A DNA stretch of 64,000 nucleotides from Scyliorhinus canicula (taxonomy: Eukaryota): positions 42,456,878 through 42,520,877 of the forward strand of contig NC_052163.1 in the NCBI RefSeq assembly GCF_902713615.1, read 5' to 3'. Below the pieces are notes generated by a model. The model was not told the origin of the DNA. It searched no databases and worked only from the letters and a program-made list of their open reading frames with translations. Below, one piece after another: positions 1-12,084 of this stretch (position 1 is the first letter of the stretch; every line of letters starts with the position of its first letter). A program made the position numbers and the translations under genes.

Positions 1-905
1 CGCCCGTGACATAGTTGGGAGCAAAGCCCCCCCCTCCCTTGCCTCGTTAAAGGTCCGGACCAACAGGGGGCCCAACAGGTCCAAATACCTTTTATAAAAT
101 TCCGCCGGAAACCCGTCCGGCCCCGGCGCCTTCCCCGACTGCATGCTCTCTATCCCCTTGACCACCTCCTCCAGCTCAATCGGCGCCCCTAGTCCCTCCA
201 CCTGCTCCTCCTCCACCCTTGGAAATCGCAGCTTGTCCAAGAAGCGCCCCATTCCCCCCTCCACCGGAGGTTCAGACCGGTACAGTTCCCCATAGAAGTC
301 CCTGAAGACCCCATTAACATCTACCCCCCTCCACACCACCTTCCCAGCTCTATCTATCACTCCCCCAATCTCCCTGGCCGCATCTCGCTTCCGGAGCTGG
401 TGCGCCAGCATCCTGCTCGCCTTCTCCCCGTATTCATACACCGCACCCTGTGCTTTCCTCCACTGAGCTTCCGCCTTTCTGGTAGTCAATAGGTCAAATC
501 TGGCCTGAAGGCTACGCCTCTACCCCAGCAATCCCTCCTCTGGGGCCTCCGCATATCTCCTGTCCACCTGCACCATCTCCCCTATCAGTCTCTCCCTCTC
601 CCTCTGCTCCCCCCTCTCCCTATGGGTTCGGATGGAGATCAATTCCCCCCTCATCACCGCCTTCAATGCCTCCCAGACCGTCCCCACTCGAACCTCCCCG
701 TTATCATTGGCCTCAAGGTATCTCTCGATACACCCCCGAACCCTCTCGGCCACCTCCTCATCTACCAACAGCCCCACCTCCATGCGCCAGGGCGGACGTT
801 GGTCCCTCTCTTCCCCCAGCCCGAGGTCCATCCAGTGCGGGGCATGATCTGAAATGGCAATGGCGGAGTATTCCACATCCTCCACCCACGACACTAACCC
901 CCTGC
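1..905 (-). mobile_element. L1/Tx1-clade LINE ORF2 fragment (end of APE endonuclease to start of RT), runs off window edge
   Basis: ORF 520-894 contains YSAIAISDHAP (endonuclease SDH motif) and WEALKAVMRGELIS; further along the - strand reads PGPDGFPAEFYK, typical of L1 ORF2. Confidence 0.9.
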
Positions 906-929
906 TCAGGACAAAAAAATCAATCCTCG

Positions 930-1022
930 AGTAGGCCTTATGGTCCAGTTCAGTTTTTGTTCAATGGTAACCTCCAGGACTTTGATAGTGGGGGATTCAG
1001 CGATGGTAATGCCATTGCAATA
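930..1022 (-). mobile_element. Small decayed CR1/L2-group LINE RT C-terminal fragment
   Basis: Translation ESPTIKVLEVTIEQKLNWT resembles the LGVTID-KL-W thumb motif. Confidence 0.5.
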
Positions 1023-1348
1023 AAGTGTGGTGGGGGGGGGGGGGGGGGGGGGGAGTTTACACTCCCTGCAGAAGCTAATGTCCTCACCATAATGGCATTC
1101 AATATCGCACACACCAGAAATGAGTGTGGGTGTCATGGACGGACATTTTGGAGTCAAAACAGTATACACCAAAAAAGGAACACGAAGGAGGCAAATTCTG
1201 CAGCAACAAAGGGCAGTGTCAGCTGACACGTAATCCTGGTAGAATCATGTTCATGGTCGGAGGCCCTTCATCTGGGTTTCTCCCAAACCCAAAGCCACAT
1301 TCCAAACACACATCACCAAAATCGTACAAATAAAATATATCTCCGTAC

Positions 1349-1476
1349 CTCATTCAGATCCTCTGTTTTTATTGCCAGGGCCATGATGTCCTCTCCCTTC
1401 AAAATATCTTCCTTCTCTGGCTCCTCCAGAATTGGGGAAACCTCTTCAACTTCTTTTTTAATTTCCTTCTTCTTTT
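1349..1476 (-). CDS. MYCBPAP: MYCBP-associated protein, coding exon 2
   Basis: Encodes (E)KKKEIKKEVEEVSPILEEPEKEDILKGEDIMALAIKTEDLNE, matching the recalled human MYCBPAP N-terminus (EKKR...IQEEPEPVSNVLQGDDILALAIKKEDLKE). Acceptor ttgtgtttagtag| and donor GAG|gtacgg. Phase-1 start fits exon 1. Confidence 0.88.
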
Positions 1477-1699
1477 CTACTAAACACAACAATAATAATT
1501 TCACAGGCCATTCGACCACAAATGAAAAATAAATAGCCCAAGTGTGCAGAAGAAAGCAAAACACAACAACTTACATTTATACAGTGCCCCATATACAACA
1601 GTGCCCCATATACAACATGATGAAATATCCCAAGGTGCTGCACAGTAGCAGTGTTAAAAAAAAAGTATAACACAAGCTGCAAACATGCGCAGTTACTGG

Positions 1700-4600
1700 G
1701 TCAGATTTTGACCAAACACTTGATAGTTTGTAGACAGTGACTGCAGATTTCTCTTTATTTTGGCTTGCTGGTGGGCTTGGCAGCCATCTTGGGTGGGCCT
1801 GGTGCCTGTACTCTCTAAGCAGTTGCTGGATAAGCCCTTCTGGTGGAAGGGCAAGGAATGTGGGAGGCACCCAATTTGGTTGGTCACCTGGAATGTAAGG
1901 GGGTTGGGTGGCCCAGTGAAAAGGTTGAAGGTAGTCGTTCACCTAAAAAGCTTGACTGCTGATGTTGGGCTTCTGCAGGAGACTCATTTGTGGGTAAGCG
2001 GCCAGACTAGGTTGCGGAAGGGGTGGGTAAGAAGTATTTCACTCGAGCTTTGACGGTAGGGCCTAGGGGGGCCGCAATTTTAATCAATAAAAAGGTTCCA
2101 TATGGTAGATATGTGATTGTTAGTGAGTCCTTGGCAAGTACCTTGGTGGTCCTGGTCAATGTCTATTGTCTAAATTGGGATGATACGAATTTTGTTAACA
2201 GCTTGCTAACCTCCATTCCTGATTTAGACTTGCATCAACTAATCTTGGGGGGTGGGTGGGGGGAAAGGGAGAGAGAGAGGGGGGGATCCGAAGATGGAGC
2301 GATCTAGGTACAAGTCACAGGCTCCTTCAGGGGTGACAAAGGAGTTGTAGGCTTTTATGGAGTAGATGGGGAAGGGCCATTATTTGCATCCTAGGGATAA
2401 AGATTTTTCATTTTTGTCCCCCATGTCCTTCAGGTTTACTCACGGATTGGCTTCTTTGTGGTGGGTAGATCTTTCCTCCCCTGGGTGAAGCAGCTGGGTA
2501 TTCGGTGATTGTGATTTTGGACCATGCTCCTCATTTTGTGGACTTGGTCCTAGAGTCAGGTCCCTCCCAGTAGCCGCCATGGAGGTTGGATACAACGTTA
2601 TTAGTAAACAAAGGATTTTGCAAACGTATATCCTCTGCCATTGGGGAATATATCAAGTTTGACACAAGTTAGTTTCTCACCTTCTATGCTATGGGAAGCC
2701 CTTAGGTGGTCATTCGGGGGAGATAATTTCCTACAAAGAACATGTGGAAAGGACTGCGAGAGTGGAGTGGCAGAGGCTGGTGGATTCCATCCTATACTCC
2801 ATCCTATACCATCAATACTCACTTGCCCTACCCCGGAGTTGCTTGTGAGCAGGAAAAATCTGCAGACGCATTTAAATTGTTATCAACAGGTAAGGCGGTG
2901 GCCAGCTGGGGTATTACAGGGACAAGGCCAATCACCATTTAGCTCATCAGCTGAGACGGTAGACTGCTTCCCAGGAGATTGTACAGATAAGGGACTCGGG
3001 TTGGATTTTGGTTTCTGCCCCGTCTAAAGTCAATACGGCTTTCGTAACATTCTGTAGGGATCTCTATAGATCGGAGCCCCTGGAGGAAAGTTCGACCATG
3101 GCGATCTTTTTAGATGGGTTGTCTTTTCCATTGGTGGGGAGAGAAAGGCGGGAGGAGTTGGAATCCCCATTGGGCCCCGAGGAAATTATGAAATGTATTG
3201 GCTAATGCAGACAGGTAAAGCTTCCTGCCCTGATGGATTCCCCATTAAGTTTTACAAAACATTTGCAGGTTAATTGATCCCGTTAATATTGGACATGTCC
3301 AATGACTCCTTGCCCTGGGGCTCATTGATAGTGGGGGATTCAGCGATGGCATAGGATTCTATCGCTCTGATCGTGAAGAATGAGAAGGACCCTGCAGAAT
3401 GTGGGTTGTTTTGACCCATTTTGCTTTTGAATCTGAACGCAAAATTGCTAATGGAAGTATTGGCACTGCGATGATCACATAAGACCAGACAGGCTTTGTT
3501 TAAGGTCGGCAATTGTTGGCCAATATATGTTGGCTGTTTAATGTTGTTCTTTCCCCTCTCCGGTGCCCAAACCAGAGGTGATTGTGTCAATGGACACCGA
3601 ACAGCACTTGATAGTGTGGGGTGGGGATATCTCTTTAAGATTCTTAGGAGGTTCGGTTTTGGGCAAAAGTTTACATTTTTGGATTTGTTTACTATATAGG
3701 GCACACACCGCTAGTGTCTGCGTTAATGTCCTGATCTTGAGATATTTTCTGTTGATAGGGGTACGAGGCAGGGATGTTCATTGTCTCCTCTTCTATTTTC
3801 TTTAGCAATTGAACCACTGGCCATCGTGTTAAGATATTCGAATAAGTGGAAGGGGATAAGTTGGAGAGGGAGGGAGCATAGGGCATCTTTGTACGCAGAT
3901 GATTTGCTCCTTTATACTGTATTATGGATCCAGTCTGCATTGTGGATGAGATAACAAAGCTACTGAGGAGGAGTTTTGGCTCCTTCTCTGGGTAGAAGTT
4001 GAATTTGGATAAGAGCGAATACTTCCCGGTTAATACCCCCGGGAGGGGAGCTAACTGGGGATTTTACCTTTTTGCTTGCCAGATCTAGCTTTTCTTATCT
4101 GGGTATCCAGACTGCCCATGATTGGACTTCACTCCATAAATTAAATTATGCTAATCTGGTGAATGGGGTCAAATCTGACTTACACAAATGGGATAACCTC
4201 CCTCCTGTCCTTGGTGGGCAGGGTTCAGGCTGTTAAAATGAATGTCCTCCTGAGGTTTTTCTTTTTCTTTCAGTGTCTCCCCACTTTTTTCACTAATTTT
4301 TTTTGTCAGAGTCAACAAGTCTCCTCTTTTATTTGGGCAGGTTAAAGATGCAAAGGATCGGTAGGACATTTCTTCAGACGGACAGACAGTCCAGGGGTTT
4401 GGCTTTACCCAATTTGTTATTTTATTATTGGGCTGACAATATTGAGCAAGTGCTGGAGTGGCTTAGTGATCCGGGTTCCATATGGGGGCAAATGGAAACA
4501 AGTTCTTGTAGCGGCTCTAGTTTGGGTGCCATTTGGCTGCCTTGCTTCAGCCTTTCTTACGAGATTTTCTTCAAACCCGATGATGGTGTTCAGCCGGAGA

Positions 4601-5712
4601 ATTTGGAACCAGTTTAGACAGCATTTTTAACTTAGCTCCATGTTGCTGATGTCCTCCATCTGTAGTGATCATCTTTAGGTGCCGGCAGACATGGGCTCAA
4701 CGTTTAAGTCATGGGAGGGGAGGTTTGGGGACTTGTTCGTGGCGGGAAACTTTGCCAGTTTTGAGGAGCTGTCAGTAAAATTTCAACTCCCTAGGACCAT
4801 TTTCTTTCATTATTTCCAGATTCATGATTGTTTTTGTAGAAGACTTTTCTAGCACCACTGCCCTTCCCGTTGAAGAGGATTTTATCTTTGTCCAGGTCTG
4901 CTGGGAGAGTATTACGGTATTTGTGGCCAGATCTCATCACCGGAGTCAGTTCCATTGGATGAGGTGAAGATAAAATGGGAGGGTGAATTGGCTCCTATTC
5001 TGGATGAGGAGATGTGGAGCAAGGCTCTTCAGAGGGTCAACTCCACATCCTCTTGTGCGCAACTTAGTTTGATCCAGTTTAAGATGGTGCTCAGGGCTCA
5101 TCTGACCAAGGCGAGGAGGAGCGGTTATTTTTCAGGAGTGGAACGCAGTTGCGAGTGCTGTTCTCGGGGTCTGGCTAATCACACGCACACATATTCTGGT
5201 CTTGTCCCAAGTTGTTAAGCTTTTGGATCTCCTTCTTTAACACCATGTCAGAGCTTCTTAACATTGAACTGGAACCTTGTCCACTGGTGACCATTTTTTC
5301 AGGGTATCAGTGCTGCGGGGGGGGGGGGGGGGGGGGGGAGACAGATGTTCTCACCTTTGCCTCATTAATAGGAGAGTTCTGCTTGTGTGGAAATGACCTA
5401 CTCCGCCCAGTGCCTCAGTCTGGTGGGGTGACGTCTTGGAGTTTTTACATTTGGACAAGGTCAAGTGCATCATTAGGGGGTCAGTAGAGTGGTTCTACTT
5501 AAGACGGCCGCCATTCATTTCCTTTTTTAAAGACTAAGTCACCAGAAGTTGTTTAGGGTATTTTTAGTTTAATGTTGGCAAATTAGTATTGGAGGTGCTC
5601 TTGATTGTGTTCTTTGTACATTGTAACTTGTCATTTGTAGCATCTGATTGTTATATTATTGTACTATTTGGTCCAAATGAAAAAGTTTTCAATAAATATA
5701 TATATTTTAAAA
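1700..5712 (+). mobile_element. Decayed L1-clade LINE (ORF2 EN-RT-C-terminus and 3' tail) in MYCBPAP intron 1, antisense to the gene
   Basis: VTWNVRGLGGPVKR...LLQETHL (EN), SLYADDLL at ~3887 (RT), SSCAQLSLIQFKMVLRAH (C-term), AATAAA and A-rich tail at ~5691; many stops and frameshifts. Confidence 0.9.
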
Positions 5713-5719
5713 CCCACAG

Positions 5720-5855
5720 AAATTACACTATGCTAGCATTCCCTTCATCTATCATCATCATTCTTTTTCTCAAAATACCCACTGACCCCACCATCCTTGC
5801 AAAGTGCCATACCATCCCTAACCTCCCATTCCTCTTCAAAGTCCTCGAACGTGGC
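5720..5855 (+). mobile_element. Old L2-type LINE RT fragment
   Basis: DPTILAKCHTIPNLPFLFKVLER resembles L2 DP...NYRPISNLPFLSKVLER. Confidence 0.55.
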
Positions 5856-5939
5856 CCCAAATCCCATCCATCCAAAGGAAACCCCTATCCCCACCACTGG
5901 AAGCAGATCCCTGTCCAAAGCAAGCTCTTATCTCCTGCC

Positions 5940-6200
5940 CCTTGGGGGAGATCCCTGCCCAGGGTCGGCCCGTTTACTCACCCCCAAGAGGCAGATCCTT
6001 GTCCCGGGAGCCCCCACCCCCACGGGTCCCGAATTCCCGGTCAGTTTTACCAGGTGGGGTCCGCAAGCCGCCGTCTCTCCGAGCACCTTTAAAGGGAGTA
6101 CGCGTCCCCATCCTCCCAGCTCAAATCCGAGGCTGATAGAACAGAGCAAGGCCCGTCTCCGAGGCAACGCGCAGTCACCGCCACCATCTCCATGGAGACC
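5940..6200 (-). promoter_or_regulatory. Small CpG-rich promoter of MYCBPAP with two RFX X-box-like motifs
   Basis: GTCTCCGAGGCAAC (6155-6168) fits GTYNCY-NN-RGNAAC; ATCTCCATGGAGAC (6186-6199) is a near-palindromic X-box. Both lie 44-88 nt upstream of the ATG. Confidence 0.7.
6051..6111 (-). CDS. MYCBPAP: MYCBP-associated protein, coding exon 1 (MGTRTPFKGARRDGGLRTPP-)
   Basis: ATG at 6111 in a CpG-rich region, donor CCTG|gtaaaa. The phase-1 G joins exon 2 to give ...RTPPEKKKEIKK. An alternative in-frame donor G|gtgagt lies at 5982. Not listed in the ORF track; translated by hand. Confidence 0.72.
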
Positions 6201-6279
6201 AGGCTCAGAAAGACAGAGGACATGATTAAACTGGGTTGTTAGAGAGAGGGGAGATTAGGCTGAGAGAGAGTTCATACAA

Positions 6280-6604
6280 CACCTACAGTGCAGGGAGGAG
6301 GCCATTCGGCCCATCGAGTCAGCACTGGCCCTCTGAAAAAGCACCCAACCTGCTCCCCCACCCTACCCCAATAACTCCTTAACCTAACCTACACATCTTT
6401 GGGCACAAAGGGGCAATTTGCCTTGGCCAATCCACCTAACCTGCAGATATTGGGACTGTGGGAGGAAACTGGAGCACTCGGAGGAAACCCACGCACATAC
6501 GGGGAGAACATGCATACTCCGCACAGTGACCCAAGGCCGGAATTGAACCTGGGTCCCTGGAGCTGTGAAGCAGCAGTGCTAACCACTATGCCACCGTGCT
6601 GCCC
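6280..6604 (-). mobile_element. HE1/V-SINE-type tRNA-derived SINE, CR1-type tail
   Basis: GGGCAGCACGGTGGCATAGTGGTTAGCACTGCTGCTTCACAGC head with A/B boxes, GGTTTCCTCC core, GGCCGAATGGCCTCC tail. Confidence 0.9.
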
Positions 6605-6619
6605 ACACCAGTTCTCAGT

Positions 6620-6860
6620 CCATACCAATATATTACCCCCGATCCCATGAGCATTAATTTAGCACATTAACCTCTTATGTGGTACTTTATCAAAGGCTTT
6701 CTGAAAATCTGAATACACCACATCCACAGTTTCACCCTTATCTACTCTATTATACCCACAAAAACTCCAATAGGTCTGTCAAACAGGATTTCCCCTTCAT
6801 AAATGTTGACTTTGTCTAATCCCATTGATATTTTATCAATGCCCTATTATCACATACTTT
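6620..6860 (-). mobile_element. CR1 LINE RT fragment
   Basis: - strand reads VDVVYSDFQKAFDKVPH. Confidence 0.75.
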
Positions 6861-7169
6861 ATTTGAAAAAATATTTTAATTGAAATTCTAACAAAAACAC
6901 CATACAATAACATATAATAACAGGAATAACCTCCACTTCCCCCCCCCCCCCACCAATATCAGCTAACCACCCCCCCCCCCCCCCCCCGTCTCCTCCCCCG
7001 AACTGTTGAAGTATTTTATCAGTTTCCTATTTATATTACATATTTTTAGGGTTTTACTTATGTACATGTGACAGCACCATCAGAAAACAGGAGAGGGAGG
7101 CATTACAACCAGGGTATCTTGACTGTCCCTGTCCCCTTTTTCGATGTACATTGGCTCGTCACTTCCATC

Positions 7170-7410
7170 TGGGGAGGGGTTAGCCTGGGTTATTTGAGAG
7201 AGAGGGTTAGCCTGGGTTATTAGAGAGAGGGCGTTTGACTTAATTTTTAGAGACTGTGGTGTGCGGAGGAATGTTAGACTGGGTCATTAGAGACACAGAA
7301 GAGAGCAGGGTTAGACTGGGTCATTAGAGATAGAGAGACGGGGTTGGATTGGGTCATCAGAGAGAGAGAGGGGGTTTAGACTGGGTCATTAGAGAGGGGG
7401 TTAGGGGACT
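7170..7410. repeat. G/GA-rich minisatellite (GGGTTAG(C/A)CTGGGT(T/C)ATTAGAGAGAGA units); related unit also at ~6225-6270
   Basis: About six degenerate units of roughly 25-40 bp are directly visible. Confidence 0.8.
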
Positions 7411-9480
7411 TCATGTGGCGACCGTGGTGTGAATGGTTGCACACAGGGCAGCTCCTGCTTGAAGGCACGGAAAATAGCTCTTTTTACGTAAAATTGGATG
7501 TAATTTTGACGGAAAAGCTAACTGAAGGTCGGAGGAGAAGTCTCCCCCCCCCCCCCCCCCCCCCCGGGTGCGGTATGTCTGCTGGTTACAAAACCCGGCA
7601 GAAGCTGAAAGATCTGGCCAAGGAGTTGGAAGAGACCTGTGGTGCAGTAGCCAGTGGAAGGATGGAGAAGGGGGAAGGGCTAGTACAAGTAGCAAAGCCC
7701 CATGTGGAACAGTTGATGGCCTTTATCAAGGAAGCGTTCTGCCAGAAGAGGAAGGAGATGCAGGAGGATTGCTTGAAGGCCATCAAAGGGGCTGTAGCAC
7801 CCCTGAACGGCTTGATGGAGAAATGCTTGGAGGCACAGTGGTCGCAGATCCGTGAGATTGAGAGGGTGATGTCGGACCACAGCGATCGGGTGGTGGCACT
7901 GGAGGCGGAGGTGGGGCTCTTAGGAGACATTTGCAAGACGTTGAGAGCAAAGGTGGAGGAGCAGGAAAATAGATCGAGAAGGCAGAATCTGCGGATCGTG
8001 GGCCTGCCTGAAGGAGTGAAAGGTGTGAGTGCTATGAGATACGTTTCAAGGATGCTGGTGGAGCTGGTGGCAGAGGGGGTGCTGGAGAAGACCCCTGAAG
8101 TGGACAGAGTGTACAGGTCTCTGAGGCAGATGCCTAGAGTGGGGGAGCCGCCGCAGGCGGATGGTCATGAGGCTCCACAAGTTCATGGAGAAGGAGAAGA
8201 TTCTGCAGTGGGTGAGCCAGGGAAAAGAGCAACTGTGAATGGGAGAGGAACAAGGTCCGAGTACAACAGGACATTGGAGCTGAGCTGCAAAACAGCGTGC
8301 GGGGTTCAACAGAGCCAAGGCGGTTCTATATCGACGGCAGATCAGGTTTGGGGTGCTCTACCCAACGAAGCTTTGGGTGACGTATGAAGGTCGGGAACAC
8401 TATTTTGAGACCCCAGAAGTGGCCAGTGACTTTAACAAGGAACATAATCTGGGGGAGAACTAAACTGAACAATTCTGGGAGACTGAGGTGCTGCCACTTA
8501 GAAGTAATTGGGAATACGGATAGTGTAGGGGTTGGAGGGGGGTTTTCTTTTCCTCCGACGTGGAGAGGTTTTTAAAATTCTTTTTACTGTTGGATTGACA
8601 AAGGGTAGCAGTGGTGAAACGTTTAAGGGGACGGATGTCCCCATCCCCCCTCCTGTTGTCTGGGACTGTGTTTTTTCTTTTTGTTTGTTCTTGGGGAAGG
8701 TGACCTGTGGTTCAGGATGAGTCTTTGTTTGGATGGAAGAGGGGAAGGTCAACAGGGAGCCTTCTTCACAGAACAGAGAGGTGAGAGAGGGGGGTCAGTA
8801 GGAGGAGCCTTTGGCAGGAGTTGCCACGCTGGTAGGTAATGCTGGTGAACGGAAGTGAGGCGGAGGAGAAGGCCGAGAGAGTTGGCCGAGGGGGGTTGAT
8901 GCGACGAGGCAAGATTGGAGAAGAAACATAATCAGGGGCGGAGAAAGGGGCCATCTTGGATGGGCCAGTTATAGGGTGACATTAACGAGGGTAGAGCTAC
9001 AGAGGCAGGCTAGGTCCAGGGAAATATTGAAGATATGGACTGGGGAAGAGGATGTGGTGTCGGAGCCGGGGAAGATAAATGAGGCATTTAGGGAGTACTA
9101 CCAGGGACTTTACGAGGCAGACCCGGGAGGAGAGGGGGACATGGGGCGGTTTCTGGACCAGCTGGAATTTCTCCAGGTGGAGGAAGCAAAGAGGTATGCT
9201 TTGGAGGAGCCCCTGGGGCTGAGGGAGGTGCTGGATAGTATCAGGAGTATGAAGTCGGGGAAGACCCCTGGGCCAGATGGGTACCCGGCAGAATTTTTTA
9301 AGGAGTTCGCAACGGACCTGGCACCACATCTTTTGGGGGCGTTTAATGAGGCTTTACAGAAGGAGGAGCTGCCGGAGATGATGTTGTATGCAACCATCAC
9401 ATTAAGGGGAAGGTCCCGTTGAAAAGTTGGTGTATTGGCCCATATCATTGTTAAATACAGACATGACAGTGTTGGCTCAG

Positions 9481-10860
9481 TGATTTGATTTGATTTATTG
9501 TCACATGTACCAAAGTACAGTGAAAAGTATTTTTCTGCAGCCAAGGGAACGTACACAGTGCGTACATAGTAGACAAAAGAATAATCAACAGAGTACATTG
9601 ACAAATGGTCCATAGACAAACCGTGATTGGTTACAGTGCGGAACAAGGGGCCAAACAAAGCAAATACATGAGCAAGAGCAGCATAGGGCGTTGTGAATAG
9701 TGCTCTTACAGGGAACAGATCAGTCCGCGGGGGAGTCGTTGAGGAGTCTTGTAGCTGTGGGGAAGAAGCTGTTCCTATGTGTGGATGTGCCAGTCTTCAG
9801 ACTTCAGTACCTTCTGCCCGATGGAAGGGTCTGGAAGAAGACAATGCCTGGATGGGAGGGGTCTCTGATAATGCTGTCTGCCTTCCTGAGGCAGCGGGAG
9901 GTGTATACAGAGTCAATGTGGGGGTGGCAAGCTTGTGTGATGCGTTGAGCTGAGTTCACCACACTCTGCAGTTTCTTGCAATCTTAGACTGAGCAGTTGC
10001 CATACCAGGCCGTGATGCAGCCGGATAGGATGCTCTCTATCGCACATTTCATAGAATTTACAATGCAGAAGGAGGCCATTTCGGCCCATCGAGTCTGCAC
10101 CGGCTCTTTGAAAGAGCACCCTATCCAAGCCCACACCTCCACCCTATCCCCATAACCCAGTAACCCCACCCAACACTAAGGGCAATTTTGGACACTATGG
10201 GCAATTTAGCATGGCCAATCCACGTAACCTGCACATCATTGGACTGTGGGAGGAAACCGGAGCACCCGGAGGAAACCCACGCACACATGGGGAGAACGTG
10301 CAGACTACGCACAGACAGTGACCCAAGCCGGGAATCGACCTGGGACCCTGGAGCTGTGAAGCAATTGTGCTAACCACCATGCTGCCCGTCTACATCTGTA
10401 GAAGTTTGTGAGAGTCGATGCAGACATGCCAAATTTCTTTAGCTTCCGTAGGAAGTAGAGACGTTATTGGGCTTTCTTGACTGTTGCAACAACATGAGTG
10501 GACCAGGACTGACTGTTGGTGATTGGTGATGGTGACCCACAGGAACTTAAGCTATCGACCATCTCCACTTCGGAGCCATTGTCATGCTACGCTTCTTGAA
10601 GTCGATGACCAGTTCCTTGGTCTTTCCAACATTTAGAGAGAGGTTGTTCTCGATATACCATGCAACCAAGTGATTTATCTTGTAGTCTGATTCATCGTTG
10701 TTTGAGATATGGCCCACCACAGTCATATCATCTGCAAGCTTACACATTGAGTTAGAGTTAAATCTTGCCACACGGTCATGTGTGTATAGGGAGTACAGTA
10801 GAGGACTGAGCACTCATCCTTGCGGGGCTCCGGTATTGAGGACTATTGTGGAGGAGGCGG
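9481..10860 (-). mobile_element. 5'-truncated Rex1/Babar-like LINE with (AAATC)n tail
   Basis: TGAPQGCVLSPLLYSLYTHD...KLADDMTVVG RT, IESILSGCITAWYGNCS C-terminus; ends TGTGACAATAAATCAAATCAAATCA. Confidence 0.85.
10050..10388 (-). mobile_element. HE1-type SINE nested in the Rex1-like LINE
   Basis: Same head, core and tail as the other HE1 copies. Confidence 0.9.
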
Positions 10861-12084
10861 TTGAGTGGCGGGAAAGACGGAAGGTTGTGTCCTGGGGTGG
10901 TTGCGGAGGACCAAACAGGCTTTGTAGAAGGCAGGCAGCTTTGTAGCAATATAAGGAGGCTGTAAAATGTAATCATGACCCCGTTGAGAGCTCAGATACC
11001 GAAGGTAGTGGTGTCCATGGACGCGGAGAAGGCATTCGACCGGGTGGAGTGGCAGTACCTGTTTGAGGTCCTGGGAAAGTTTGGGTTTGGGCTGACGTTT
11101 GTGGCATGGGTGCGCCAGTTATATGTGGCACCGAGGGCGAGTGAGCGGACCACTGTGTTCACAGAACTTTAAATTACACAGCAGAACAAGGCAGGGGTGC
11201 TTCTGTGGCCTCTGCTGTTTGCGCTGGCTGTAGAGCCTCTACCAATGGCACTTAGGTGGGGGGGGGGGGCGGTAGAGTGATGAGGGATTATGAGGGGACG
11301 AAGGGAGCATCGGTGGGGTCGCTATATGCAGACTACCTACTATTGTATATTTCCGACCTGCTGGAGAGCATGGAGAGGATCATGGGCCTATTGGGGAAGT
11401 TTGGGGCATTCTCGGGATACAAGTTAAATGTAGGGAAAAGAGAAGTGTTCCCTGTGAATGAGTTAGGTTGGCGAGCCAATTCAGGGGGGAATACCATTTC
11501 AGGTTGCCAGAGACAGGTTTAGATACTTGGGGATTCAGGTAGTGAGGGAATGGACGATGCTACACATTTGGGAATTGAACAAAGCTGGTGGAGGAGGCTA
11601 GAGAGGATCACAAGAGGTGGGATACGCTGCACTTGACTTTGGCAGGGAAGGTCCAAGTGGTGAAGCTGAACATTCTGCCAAGGTTCATGTTCATATTCCA
11701 GACTCTCCCAATCTAGAGAGAGAGTGGGACAATGGGCAAACTCCACACAGACAGTGACCCAGAGCCTGGGACCTCGGCAGCGTGAGGCAGCAATGCTAAC
11801 CACCGTGCAACTTAATTGCAGTGGTAATGTAAGCCTACTTGTGACAATAATAAAGATTCTTAAATTACAAGCAGTAAGATGACATCTCAGTTTAATGTCT
11901 TAAGTGTAAGTAACACAGTGTAGCACTCTGGAGGTGCTTCACTGGAAACCCTGTTTGATGTCTGTGGTCAATCCCTGGAGTAGGTCTTTATTATACCCCT
12001 GTCTATCTCAAGAGGTGAGAATGCTATTAATTGAGACACTACTGATTCTTGCTTTCCATAATGTCACCCTTCAGCTGCCCCACA

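Larger units (their letters stand above)
7413..11715 (+). mobile_element. Rearranged L1-clade LINE (ORF1 plus partial ORF2), interrupted at 9481-10860
   Basis: ORF1 coiled coil and ENRSRRQNLRIVGLPEG; ORF2 KTPGPDGYPAEFFKEF, SMDAEKAFDRVEW, LYADYLLLY. The endonuclease region appears deleted near 8980. Confidence 0.88.

Noticed and set aside
1030-1053. Long G/C homopolymers (also ~5317, 7543, 13499) giving poly-Gly/Pro ORFs
   Set aside because: Simple runs inside repeats; lengths are unreliable and there is no coding signal.
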